Of a DNA stretch of 64,000 nt, positions 24,300 to 36,129 are shown in pieces. A program made the position numbers and the translations under genes. The notes under the pieces were generated by a model. It had not been told where the DNA came from and did no database searches. It saw nothing but the letters and a program-made list of their open reading frames with translations. Within the stretch, counting starts at the first letter, position 1. Each line of letters begins with the position of its first letter. This DNA comes from Eledone cirrhosa (lineage: Eukaryota), in NCBI GenBank assembly GCA_964016885.1, contig OZ024746.1:69254001-69318000 (forward strand), in the 5' to 3' direction.

Positions 24300-24545
24300 A
24301 CAATAAAAGACATGATCGGAATTGCTGGGTGAAGAAGTGCCAAGAAATCCCAGTGGAAGGAAGCTGTAGTAGAGGAAGACCAAGGAAGACCTGGGCAGAT
24401 GTGGTGAGAACTGATCTCAAATTGCTATAGTTCACAGAGGAGATGAAAAACAGGAGTTAAAAGTGGAAAGATGCTGCACTAAAAAGACCTGTCCAACCCA
24501 TGCAAGTGTGGAACAACAGACATAAAAATGATGATTGATGATATG
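24300..24545 (+). mobile_element. Degenerate RTE LINE 3' end
   Basis: VKKCQEIPVEGSCSRGRPRKTWADVV, ending gacataaaaatgatgat. Confidence 0.7.
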
Positions 24546-24849
24546 GGATTTTCCCAATCCATCTAGGAAGGCAGCAACTCCTAATAAAAACTGATATGGA
24601 CTGTAACAACCTGTCCAATCCATGACAGCATGGAAAGCTGATGTAACATGATGATAATAAAAGAAAGTTTAAATCATTCCAAATTCTTGATTATTTTCCA
24701 AACAAATTTCACAAAATATAAATAATGTATTTCATTAGGAATATAGCAATGAAACTTGCTATATTTTGTTCAATCAAGAAATAAATCAAATAATTTATTC
24801 AACCAACAAATTGAAAGTAAACTATTGCAGATATGAAGAGCCAACAAAG

Positions 24850-25058
24850 AGCCTCTATATGATCACTCTATTTGCTAGAAATAACAGCTAAATTTTTCTC
24901 AAATCACACCCACCCGTCTTAGAAAAGACCACATTGGATATGTAGTCCTGAGTGCACTATGCTGAGAAAATGACAGGCTAGTGACAGTTGGAATGCTTTT
25001 GATCATAAGTCTGTTCAATCATGGCTGGCCTGGGGCTAAACAACAACAAACAACAACT
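24850..25058 (+). repeat. Dispersed ~200-bp repeat (tgctagaaatagcagccaaat...ggggctaaacaacaac family)
   Basis: Related copies at ~16365-16560(-), 21045-21430, 26370-26570, 39945-40135(-), 42470-42655(-) and 44330-44535. Confidence 0.75.
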
Positions 25059-25427
25059 GCTGTTATTTCATGGAAAATTAAAAAATTAGAAAGTGATGAA
25101 TTATTTATTACATAGATTATTTATTGTGTCTCTATAAATATAGTTATTTAACTTCCACAGCAGGACTTAGTATATTTATGAAACATATAAATATGATTCC
25201 ATGTACATAGTTATACATAACCTATGCTCTATTTGTATTGTAGTTATTAAATTAACAGCTGGCTGCCAATATTGTACATCATCATCATCATCAACACCAT
25301 AACTGTTTTACGTCCATTTTCTATAGTTTAGGCAGGTTGTCACGTTCTGAGGCCAGATAACTAAATCCATTCTAGCATGATTTCTACAGCTGGATTCTCT
25401 TCCTAATGATAATTCCTTCATGGTGAT

Positions 25428-25975
25428 TTTTATTATGGCACCAGCATTACCACCTGACAGGGTGGACTGAGTGCTTTTTATTGTGGCACCAGCATTACCA
25501 CCTGACAGGGTGGACTGAGTGCTTTTTATTGTGGCACCAGCATTACCACCTGACAGGGTGGACTGAGTGCTTTTTATTGTGGCACCAGCATTACCACCTG
25601 ACAGGGTGGACTGAGTGCTTTTTATTGTGGCACCAGCATTACCACCTGACAGGGTGGACTGAGTGCTTTTTATTGTGGCACCAGCATTACCACCTGACAG
25701 GGTGGACTGAGTGCTTTTTATTGTGGCACCAGCATTACCACCTGACAGGGTGGACTGAGTGCTTTTTATTGTGGCACCAGCATTACCACCTGACAGGGTG
25801 GACTGAGTGCTTTTTATTGTGGCACCAGCATTACCACCTGACAGAGTGGATTGAGTGCTTTTTATTGTGGCCCCAACATTACTACCTGACAGGGTGGATT
25901 GAGTGCTTTTTATTGTTGCCCCAACATTACTACCTGGCAGGGTTGACTGAGTGCTTTTTATTATGGCACCAGCAC
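25428..25975. repeat. 48-bp minisatellite, ~11 copies, derived from SINE/LINE tail
   Basis: Unit ttttattgtggcaccagcattaccacctgacagggtggactgagtgct. Related diverged units lie at 2760-2960 and 28660-28750. Confidence 0.95.
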
Positions 25976-26155
25976 TTCCATTTTTCATCGTTAGTGTGCT
26001 CATTGTGTTATCCTCAGCCAGGCTTGGAAGGCAGTGATGGTAGTAGGGAGATGGATGCAAGAAAAGCCTAAGATATGCTGTATCTCATTACAGCACAACT
26101 ACATCAGGAGTTACAGGTCCATACATATATTAATGTTTATTATTTTGTATTTAAT

Positions 26156-26340
26156 GGCGGTGGATTGGCAGTATCGGTAGAGGGTCGGACGCTTTGCAGC
26201 ATAGAGTTACGGCCCTTGTCATTCTGAGTTCAAATCTCGCCGAGGTTAACTTTGCCTTTCATCCTTACGGGGTCGATAAAATAAAGTACCAGTAATACAC
26301 TGGAATAATTGCTGGCCTTGTGCCAAAAGAAGAAACAATT
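26156..26340 (+). mobile_element. Full-length family-1 SINE with TSD
   Basis: Flanked by attattttgtatttaatg on both sides. Other copies: 281-382(-), 8575-8712(-), 11955-12075, 14339-14530, 28755-28887(-), 30078-30265, 35636-35840, 36580-36740(-), 47140-47287(-), 52466-52655. Confidence 0.92.
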
Positions 26341-26761
26341 ATTTTGTATTTAATGAGCCAGTAAAGGATCATCTAAATGCTAGAAACAGCAGCCAAATTT
26401 CCCTCACATCACACCCAACAATTATTAAAACAAACAAAAAATCAGGATATATCGGATAACAAATTCAGAGATAAGTAATTTCTGGAAATGTGGGAATGGT
26501 TGCAGTTAAACATTTTTTTTTAATCATACCTATTCTTGACAAAGACTGACCTAGCGCTAAACAACAACATTTCTTATCTTAATTAATTTATTGTATACAA
26601 ACGTTTTGGGTGTTTCCATCTGCTCTGAAATGATTAATTAATTAAAGTCTTAACCTCAAATCTATTTATGCTTTATAGGTTTCATTTGTCATAATTTGTA
26701 ACTTAAACCACTTTATAGTGATCTATTATCTCATTCTTCAGATAGCAGGAAAATAAGCAGA

Positions 26762-27205
26762 ACATCCACACCTTCTTAATATATGTGTGTATGTCTATTG
26801 CTAATGCAGGCATGCATGTATGTATGTATGTATGTATGTATGTATGTATGTATGTATGTATGTATGTATGTATGTATGTATGTATGCATGCATGCATGCA
26901 TGCATGCATGCATGTATGTATGTATGTATGTATGTATGTATGTATGTATGTATGTATGTATGTGAGGAGGGTGACTTTGGACATCCACACCTTCTTAATA
27001 TATGTGTGTATGTCTATTGCTAATGCAGGCATGCATGTATGTATGTATGTATGTATGTATGTATGTATGTATGTATGTATGTATGTATGTATGTATGTAT
27101 GTATGTATGTATGCATGCATGCATGCATGCATGCATGCATGTATGTATGTATGTATGTATGTATGTATGTATGTATGTATGTGAGGAGGGTGACTTTGGA
27201 CATCC
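26762..27205. repeat. ~219-bp tandem duplication containing (TATG)n(TGCA)n
   Basis: acatccacaccttcttaatatatgtgtg.. starts at both 26762 and 26981. Confidence 0.9.
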
Positions 27206-27720
27206 TACAGGACTAAAAACAAAACCTGTCAAAGGGCAGAGGAGCTCTTAAGAGTCAATGGCCATCCAAAATCACCGGGAGAGATGACCCCTTAGCCTTT
27301 GTCAAGGCAGAATTCTAGGAGAAGGAAAACTCTGATATAACACCTGCAACCCTGATGGTATCCAATGATGTTGACTTGTTCTTCTTTTTGGTAAATATCA
27401 TCTTGGTTAAGAGAGTGGGACTGGCTTTGTGCAGTGCCTTTGCTCACTATAAAAGCTTCACGGCACAGGCATTGCTTTGTATCTGGAGATCTCTCTGCAC
27501 TTGTCGTCACATGGTACCATATACACTATGTGTCAATAATTGTCACAAGTGTAGTGTTTGTGCCAGAGTTTTCAAGTCGCTGGCTGGACTAAAAAGTCAC
27601 ACTCGTTCAGCGCATTGGTAGGGGTTCTCCTACATGGATATAAAGTAGTGGCCGTACTCGAAAACGAGTTGGCAGCCACCATGTATGTATGTATGTATGT
27701 ATGTATGTATGCATGTATGT
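27183..27720 (+). mobile_element. Bipartite non-autonomous RTE derivative (5' UTR-like head + C2H2-finger 3' end + (TATG)n tail)
   Basis: ctaggagaaggaaaactctga (RTE 5' UTR-like), then HKCSVCARVFKSLAGLKSHTRSAH, then a (tatg)n tail. A near-identical inverted copy lies at 13826-14235. Confidence 0.7.
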
Positions 27721-27744
27721 GTGTCTATGTATGTAAGTATGTAA

Positions 27745-28635
27745 GATCTGGTTTTATTATTTTTTTAATTTTCACCGATAAAGAGAGAGAGCCAGTTTTT
27801 AACATATACACAAGATTCATTCATTGGAAATTAGACAATATAAACTTGGTAAATATTTATGTATGACTGTATGTGTTTGTGTGTGTGTGTATGCAGGTAT
27901 CAATTTGATTGCATGTGTGGATCTATGTTTTGAGTTATATGAGTACACGTACATACATTTCTGTATCTATATGTGTGTATTTGAAATTATTACATACTGA
28001 ATTTCTGAAATGTTATACTTATTTTTACAGTCCCATTAATGAACTGTACTTGTAACTTTCTAACTAGCTGTGCTCTTTCTTGTTCTGTGAATCCAACTTC
28101 TCAAGATTTGAACTGAGACAGTTAGTAACATATCCAAGAGCTCCAGTGATCATAGGTACAAATCTAACAGTATAGTCAGGGTGGAGTATTTGCAGATTCC
28201 TCATTAGTTCAGCATAAATGTTATTCTTTTCACTGATCTTTAGCATTATATTGACATCTGCTGGGCAGTTGACGTCCACTACTGTGCATGGCTTCATTTC
28301 TCTGTCCCATATCACTATGTCTGGTCTCTTATGTTTGCATTTTATTGCGGTTTTGACTGGAACATTCCACCAGTACTCTTTCATATTATGTACAAATATG
28401 TCCTCCACATTGCTGTAACTTTTTATATGTATATTTCCAATCCTTTCTGCGGATTGCATTGTATAGTGTTTTGTCCACTACATCATGCCTCATAGCTGCT
28501 TATGATATGGGTGATATCTTTGATGTTAATTCTGCAGAGTCTGCATCTGTTGTCACATCTTGGTGTTTTGCCTGCATCACTATCTCTTTTGTGAGTCAGG
28601 TATTTTGTAGTTATTTCCTATTCTTGAATTTCGCC
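27745..28635 (-). mobile_element. R4/Dong-like RLE non-LTR retrotransposon 3' fragment
   Basis: EYWWNVPVKTAIKCKHKRPDIVIWDRE..VDVNCPAD..K.NIY.EL..GALG. The 3' UTR is shared with the copies at 60730-64000 and abuts (TATG)n. Confidence 0.88.
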
Positions 28636-29131
28636 AAGTTCACAACATATGCTGGTTGTGCTGGTGACACGACAAAAAGCACCCAGTCCACCCTGTAAGG
28701 TAGTCATGCTGGTAACATGACAAAAAAGCATTCAGTCCACTCTGTAACGTTTCTGGTACTTTATCGACCCCATAAGGATGAAAGGCAAAGTCAACCTCGG
28801 CGGGATTTGAACTCAGATCGTAAAGGGACGTAACTATGCTGGAAAGCATGGCGTCCAACCCTCTACCGATACTGCCAATCCACCGCAATCAACCTCAGTG
28901 CAAATAATGGTGGTTGTTTAGGTTCCATGATAAAAAGCACCCAGTCTGCACTGTAATGTGGTTGGTCTTAGGAAGGGCGTTTAGCCATAAAAAAACCAAG
29001 CTAAAATACAGATCTATATGAACAATGTGTGAGTCAACTGACATGTCTCATAATGTGACAACCCAATTAACCCATGCAAGTATGAAAAAAAGATGTTAAA
29101 CAATGATGATGATGATGGCAGACAGATTGAT

Positions 29132-29186
<55 letters not shown>

Positions 29187-29235
29187 TGATGGTAGCTAGA
29201 TGCTTCCATAGGCGGTATGCCGGTTGAGCACTCTG

Positions 29236-29315
<80 letters not shown>

Positions 29316-29323
<8 letters not shown>

Positions 29324-29925
29324 TAACAGATTAAAGTTTAAGCAAAGAATCGCTGCTTTCACCCTTAACGGGATCTTCTGAAACTAACAAAGTCAATCTG
29401 TGAACGCAGAAGTGAATATTTCAAAAAACGTTGCAACCGGAGGAAGACAGGAAGACGATACTTTGGTTTGTGGAAACATTCCCTGGCAAAGAACGGGAAA
29501 AACGAATATAATACGTCATTATTTGGAGCGGTGAAAAACAATTACACGCAAAGACAAAACCACGTTTATGGTATGAAAGAAGTCGTAGACTAATATTCTA
29601 TTAGGTGGTTCATAGAGACGTTCTCTGGCAATGAACGGATCGTTTTTCCCGTTCATTGCCAGAGAACGTTTCCACGAACCAAAGTATCGTCTTCCTGTCT
29701 TCTCCGGTTGCAACGTTTTTTGAAATATTCACTTCTGCGTTCACAGATTGACTTTGTTAGTTTCAGAAGATCCCGTTAAGGGTGAAAGCAGCGATTCTTT
29801 GCTTAAACTGTAATCTGTTATTTTAATAAATATTTGCTCTATGGTTCTTATATATTTGATATATATTTATCCTTATCGAGCCCTCTTTGGATTTTAGTCT
29901 TCAAATTTATTATTATTATTATTAC
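29316..29925. mobile_element. Fold-back element with ~190-bp inverted arms, Penelope pLTR-like
   Basis: 29316-29505 is the near-perfect reverse complement of 29640-29828. Both sides have (TA)n. The arms contain a hammerhead-like core. Confidence 0.75.
29743..29818 (+). ncRNA. Variant hammerhead-like motif (CAGAAGA core)
   Basis: ACAGATTG..AGTTT-CAGAAGA-tCCCgttaaGGGt-GAAA-GCAgcgattcttTGC-TT-AAACT-g-TAATCTGT. U4 is replaced by A. A mirror copy lies on the minus strand at ~29326-29400. Confidence 0.5.
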
Positions 29926-29943
29926 TATATATATATATATATA

Positions 29944-30618
29944 TCCCGTTCTCTCTCTCTCATTCATTCTGGTGGTACGAAGCCAGACACAGATTTCTGA
30001 TTTCTGAAAGGCTACATGGATTCCTAAATACTTTCAGTCTGTCCCCAGTTCATTCATAGATATTATTTCTCCTCTGTTGCGGTGGATTGGCAGTATCAGT
30101 AGAGGATCAGACGCCATGCTTTGACGCATAGAGTTACGGCTCTTTCCATTCTGACTTCAAATCCCGCCGAGGTTAACTTTGCCTTTCATCCTTACGGTGT
30201 CGATAAAATAAAGTACCAGTAATGCACTGGGATATTGCTGGCCTTGTGCCAAAAGTAGAAACAATTATTTCTCCTCTATTGCAGGTATCTGCCTTCCTTC
30301 CTCCTAAATTTCAAAATGTCCTGTTCGTATTGTTTATTTTTATTGTTATTATCAATTTTTCGAATTACACTACGCTGGTTATTAGGCTTCCCCCTTAACC
30401 CATCACATCCCGTTCTCTCTCTCTCATTCATTCATTCGGTGGTACGAAGCCAGACACAGATTTCTGATTTCTGAAAGGCTACATGGATTCCTAAATACTT
30501 TCAGCCTGTCCCCAGTTCATTCATAGATATTATTTCTCCTCTCTTGTAGGTATCTGCCTTCCTTCCTCCTCAATTTCAAAATGTCCTGTTCACATTGTTT
30601 ATTTTTATTGTTGTTATT
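29944..30618 (+). repeat. ~260-bp direct repeat; first copy interrupted by a SINE with TSD
   Basis: atcccgttctctctctctcattc..gtttatttttattgtt at 29944 and ~30407. The SINE TSD is attatttctcctct.ttgc. Confidence 0.85.
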
Positions 30619-30619
30619 C

Positions 30620-33600
30620 CTAAATCTCCTATGATGATATGTGTGCTGGCTGCCTATCTCACAATGTCCCTCGCACCCGCCCCCACTCACCAACATAGGC
30701 TATTCAACCAATCAAACCTCAACCCATTATCAACCCCAACAAACACTGGCACTACTACTACTGCACTCCTAGGCCTTACAACTCTGCCATTACTACTACT
30801 GTCCTAGCCCTGCACTAAATAATAATAATTCCTTTACCGATATCTATGGATGAGCTGAGGATAAATGGAACAACCCCGAATTAATAAATGAATATGAATC
30901 CGTGAGCTACCAAACACCCATGCAAAGCTTTAACCCAGAGACAGGATACATACCCCCCCCCCCCCCCCTGCAAAAATTCACTCCATCCTACGAGTGATGG
31001 CAAATGTCCCAAACTCTGAGTTTAAACCATCAATGTAAGCACAATGAAAGGAAGAGCAGGATAAATTGTAGAGATGCTAGAGTGAAAGGAAATTGATGTA
31101 TGCTGTGTGCAAGAGACTAGATGGAGAGGAGAGTCCGCTAGAGTCCGCGTAGGCAAAAGTCAATGCTACAAATTTTTCTGGGTGGGAAATGACAACGGGA
31201 TGGGAGGTGTAGGTATACTATTAGCTGACAAATGGGTTGATAAGGTAATCTCAGTGAACAGGGTGAATGCAAGAATCATTAAACTCAGACTAGTCCTGAA
31301 TAAAATAATTGTCACAACAGTGTCAGCTTACGCACCCCAATTGGGGTTGCCAGACGAACTTAGGATAGGTTTTATGAGTCTCTAATGCACACTACTGCCC
31401 TATCAAACAACAATGACTTCCTAATCATTGCAGGAGATTTTAAGAGACACATTGGTAAACACCATGACGGCTTCTATAGAGTCCATGGAGGCCACTGGTT
31501 TGGCACAAGAAATAAAGAAGGCTTCAGGCTTCTAGAATACTGCGACGCCAATGACATGTCGATATGTAACACAAACTTAAAAAAACCTGACAACCATCTG
31601 ATCACCTATAGATCAGGGGAGCATTCTAGTCAGATAGATTTTATCCTCATCAGAGGGCGTGATAGATGGACGGTTGTAAACACAAAAGCCTTCCCTGGTG
31701 AGGAATGTACCTCCCAACATAAGTTAGTTGTCAGCGACCTCACTGTCAAAACTAGACGAACTTGGAAACAGAAGGCAACCTGGAGAAGAAAGATTTGGAA
31801 GCTGAAAGACCCCCTCAGCCAGTAACAGATTTAAAGATATTCTCCTCGACGCCTATGACAGTAAAGAAGAACAGATAGAGACATTCAATGTAGAAGAGCA
31901 CTGGGAGTTCCTAAAAAATAACTTACTAAAGGCGACGGACGAGATCTGTGGTTGGAGCAAGTCCACAGGGAGGAGGAGAGTGACTTGGTGGTGGAACAAT
32001 AAGGTAGATGAGGTAGTTAAGGCTAAGAGACAGGCATGGAAAGAATGGAAGAACGGGGTTAGCAGGGTACATTACATAAAGACCAGGAGGGAAGCTAGAT
32101 GACAAGTATACTTAGCTAGAAGGGAAGCAGAGGATAGAAAATTCAAGCATGTTTTGCAACGTGAGGACAAGAAACAGGAGGTGTTCAAGATTGCGAGGCA
32201 GTGTGTCAGAGAGAATTGTGATGTCATTGGAGAGAAGTGTATCCGGAATGATAATGGTGAGCTTGCCCTCACAAGTGCCGAGAAGAAAGCTGCATGGAAG
32301 AGCCATTATGAAAGATTAGTAAATGAGGAGAATGCATGGGAAAAAGAGACCCTACCCCAAGCGGACCCTATAGAGGTGCCAGCAGTACAAGTTAGCAGCA
32401 GCGTAGTAAGTAAGGCAATCAAAGATATGAAGACAGGGAAGGCAACCGGTCCATCGGGTATAGCTGCCGAAATGCTGAAGGCATCTGGGTCGGTAGGTCA
32501 CACCATAATCACATGAATTGTTAACAAGGTAATACTAGAAGGTATCATACCAAAGGATTGGTGCAGCAGCATCATTGTCAACTGCTACAAAAGTAAAGGT
32601 GATGCATTAGATAGAGGAAACTATAGAGTTTATAAAGCTGATGGACCAGGTCATGAAAGTAATGGAAAGAGTTATAGCACAGTTGATTAGGGATCGGGTG
32701 AAACTAGATGAAATGCAATTTGGGTTTGTACCAGGAAAAGGCACCACTGATACCCTCTTCCTTGTGAGGCAGTTACAGGAAAAGTACCTAGCTAAAAGCA
32801 AGCTGCTCTACCTGGCATTCATCGATCTTGAAAAAGCCTTCGACAGAGTCCCCCGTGCTATAATCTGGTGGGCTCTTAGAAAATTAGGAGTAGATGAATG
32901 GCTTGTGAAAGCTGTACAAGCCATGTATAGAGGAGCAGTCAGCAAAGTTAGGGTTAGCAATGACTATAGCGAGGAATTTAGCTTACAGGTCAGTGTCCAC
33001 CAGGGCTCTGTTCTTAGCCCTCTCCTGTTCATTATAGTTTTGCAGGCAATAACAGAGGAGTTTAAGACCGGATGCCCATGGGAACTCCTATATGCGGGTG
33101 ATCTCGCACTTATAACTGAATCTATGGTGGAACTAGAGAAGAAATTCCAAACATGGAAGCAGGGACTAGAAAGAAAGGGTCTCAAAGTCAACCTGACAAA
33201 GACTAAGGTTCTTGTAAGTAGACAAGAAGACAGAACCCAGATCTCCTCAGGGAAATGGCCTTGCTCAGTATGTAGGAAAGGTGAAGGTAGGGACTCCATC
33301 CTCTGCCCCAAATGCAAACAATGAGTACACAAGAGATGTAGTGGGATCTCAGGAAGCTTAATTAAGAATGTAGGCTTCATATGTAGCAGCTGTGCTGGGA
33401 CAGCAAGCAGCAAACAGCCACAGGAAACAAGCACCACCAAACTCTGGGAGGGCTCTAGAAACAGTAGACAGCTTCTGCTACCTAGGTGACCAAATTAGCA
33501 GCGGAGGTGGGTGTTCAGAAAGTACAATAACTAGGGTAAAAACGGGATGGAAGAAGTTCAGGGAGCTACTGCCACTGCTAGCTGCAAAAGGCTTTTCTCT

Positions 33601-34343
33601 CAAAATGAAAGGCAGACTGTTTGATGTGTATACGAACAACAATGTTACATGGTAGTGAAACCTAGGTGCTGTCTGTAGAAGACTTGCACAGATTAGAAAA
33701 AAATGAAGCTTGCATGTTCTGATGGATGTGTAATAATAATACACGTGAACGGCAAAGCATAAACGAATTGAGAGAGAGACTGAGCATAAGAGGAATCAAA
33801 TGCTGTGTGCAGGAGAGGATGTTACGTTGGTATGGACATGTGATGCATATGAAGGATGACAGCTGCATAAAAAGGTGCAGAGCACTAGAAGTTGATGGAA
33901 GCCGCAGAGTGGGGAGACCCAAGAAGACCTGGGATGAAGTGATAAAAGCCAACCATACCCATTTGCACCTCTCAAGGGCGATGACACGACCGTGACCTCT
34001 GGTGTCACGCAGTAATACAGAAGACCCGACTTCCCACAGGAACAAGCCGAAGCTGAAGCATTTAGACAATATGCCCCCACCCCCTCCCACTGCAAAGGTG
34101 GAGGTGCCATGGCAAAAAAGCACCTAGCCCACACTGTAAAGTGGACGTGTAGGTGCCACGGAAAAAAAGCACCCATCACTCACTGTAAATGAGGTTGGTG
34201 TTAGGAAGGGCATCCAACTGTAGAAATCAAGCCAGAATCAATTCCTGTATGAGCAAGACAAGGTCAGCCGACTGGACACTGCCCACAACAGGACAACCCG
34301 CCTAGCATGGAAGAACGGATGTAAAGCGGTGATGATGATGATG
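30620..34343 (+). mobile_element. Near full-length RTE-clade LINE with stops/frameshifts (APE + RT)
   Basis: APE motifs QETRW, SAYAPQ, AGDF, SQIDFIL and SQHKLV. RT motifs QFGFVPGKGTTD, FIDLEKAFDRV, HQGSVLSPLLF and LYAGD. Ends in (GAT)n. The 5' boundary is approximate. Confidence 0.93.
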
Positions 34344-34639
34344 ATATATATATATATATTTTACAATCTTTTACCTGTTCCAGCCATCTTTAACCCCAAC
34401 GGCAGAGCTCAAGCCGTTTCAATGGCTATTTCTGGATTCCAGAAATAGCTGTCGAAACAACTTGAGCTCTTAAACATTTTCCTATTACCTTTTCCTATTA
34501 CATTTTCCTATTACCCACTCTACTACCCTAAGTATTGTGTACTCTGGTGCCTTCCTTCATTATATATATATATATACACGTCTAACCCATGCTAGCATGG
34601 AAAATGGACGTTAAACGAAGATGATGATGATGATGATGA

Positions 34640-34670
<31 letters not shown>

Positions 34671-34676
<6 letters not shown>

Positions 34677-35400
34677 GAAACACACAGATACATGCGGACA
34701 CACACATATATACATGAATGCATCCGCACCCAACTGTGAGTTAAGGGTGCCAACTTCACCGATGTTGCTCAATGAATGACTGGGACAGACCAATTCAGTT
34801 TGAACTAGACTGAACCAGTATCAGAGTTAAAAATACATTATGAAGAGAGAAGAAACATTTAGATATAATTAGTAATAAAATGTATCATACCTAAACTGTT
34901 CCTAAATTCCTCGACTACGTAGTTTCGTGGCATAAACAAAAACAATATATCAAAGATATAGAGTCCTTGCGAGGTCTGCCGACTTATCAAGAGGATACCT
35001 CATTTTACTAGTCTCAAGAACGCGTCTACACGACGTGAGAAAGAATCCCAAAAGGCGGAGGGGGAGATAGTCACGCGATATAACGGTCGAGAAACAGAGC
35101 TAAGCCTCTTATAACCACGAAGAAAATACCACGGAGGCGGAGGGGGTATTCATATCGAGGCCGTAGAAGAGGTAGTGAAGAAGGCGAGAAGTATGAGTAA
35201 TGGAAGCTTTCCAGTTGTCCCCACACTTCAAAGATTGCTCGACCAGAGGGAGTTATTAATATATTTAGAAACACACAGATACATGCGGACACACACATAT
35301 ATACATGAATGCATCCGCACCCAACTGTGAGTTAAGGGTGCCAACTTCACCGATGTTGCTCAATGAATGACTGGGACTAATTATATCTAAATGTTTCTTC
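34671..35400 (-). mobile_element. Partial tandem pLTR-like element (591-bp period) with short inverted tail
   Basis: 34671-34786 is repeated at 35262-35377. 35377-35400 is the reverse complement of 34849-34872. (TA)n on both sides. Contains a hammerhead. Confidence 0.7.
34908..34995 (-). ncRNA. Type I hammerhead ribozyme with U3-A8 covariation (family C)
   Basis: Minus strand: TCCTC-TTGATAA-GTcGGCA...TGCCAC-GAAA-CTACGTAG-TC-GAGGA. Stem III is the palindrome ACTACGTAGT and the cleavage triplet is GUC. Confidence 0.78.
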
Positions 35401-36129
35401 ATATATATATATATATATATAAAGGTAGGTAGGTAGGTAGGTAAAATATAAAGGAGTTGGAGAGAGAGTAAATCAAATATAGAAATAACTACAGTTTTTG
35501 AATTAGAAGCTTCACTGTGAAAAAAAACAAAATAAAATAAAGTATAAACACTTTCTGTTATTACTAGTACCAGTAATGCACTGGGTAATTGCTGGCCTTG
35601 TGCCTAAAGTAGAAACAGTTATTACTATTTACCAAGGTCGGTGGATTGGCAGTATTGGTAGACTGTGGGACAACATGCTTTGCAGTAGAGAGTTGTGTCC
35701 CTTTATGTTCTGTGTTCAAATCCTGCTGAGGTTAGCTTTTCCTTTAATTTTTAGGGGCTCAATAAAATAAGCACTGGGGTTGATTTAATTGACTTTTCCC
35801 TCCCCTAAGATTATTGGCTTTGTGCCTGAATCAGAAATCATTATTTCTATTTCTCAGTACATAGAAAAACACAGATTACTTTTTATACCTTTCAGAGATA
35901 TCATCAAAAGATAACTACCCCTTTAATTCTGTCTAAAGATATCTTTTTATAGCATCACTATATATGCCAAGAGGATATAGGATAAAGCTGAAATATAGGT
36001 GATAAATAGGTGATAGGCAGTTTGACAAGGGCAATTTTGTGACCTAATTAAGCATAGGACAATAGCTGGGACTGTCAACAAAACACCCCTGTCCTGTTCC
36101 TGACAGGTCGTGTGTTCCACTACTGGTAG

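Noticed and set aside
24935-24951. 17-nt match (tggatatgtagtcctga) to the hammerhead tandem unit
   Set aside because: It lies inside an unrelated dispersed repeat with no GAAA or stems following, so it is treated as coincidence.
25308-26071. 250-aa and 196-aa repetitive ORFs; superficially CRISPR-like array
   Set aside because: This is a pure 48-bp tandem with no unique spacers and no cas genes. The ORFs result from a stop-free unit whose length is divisible by 3.
29965-30035. Hammerhead in the 260-bp direct repeat
   Set aside because: The core CTGGTGG deviates at invariant positions, is not conserved in the second copy, and the stems are weak.
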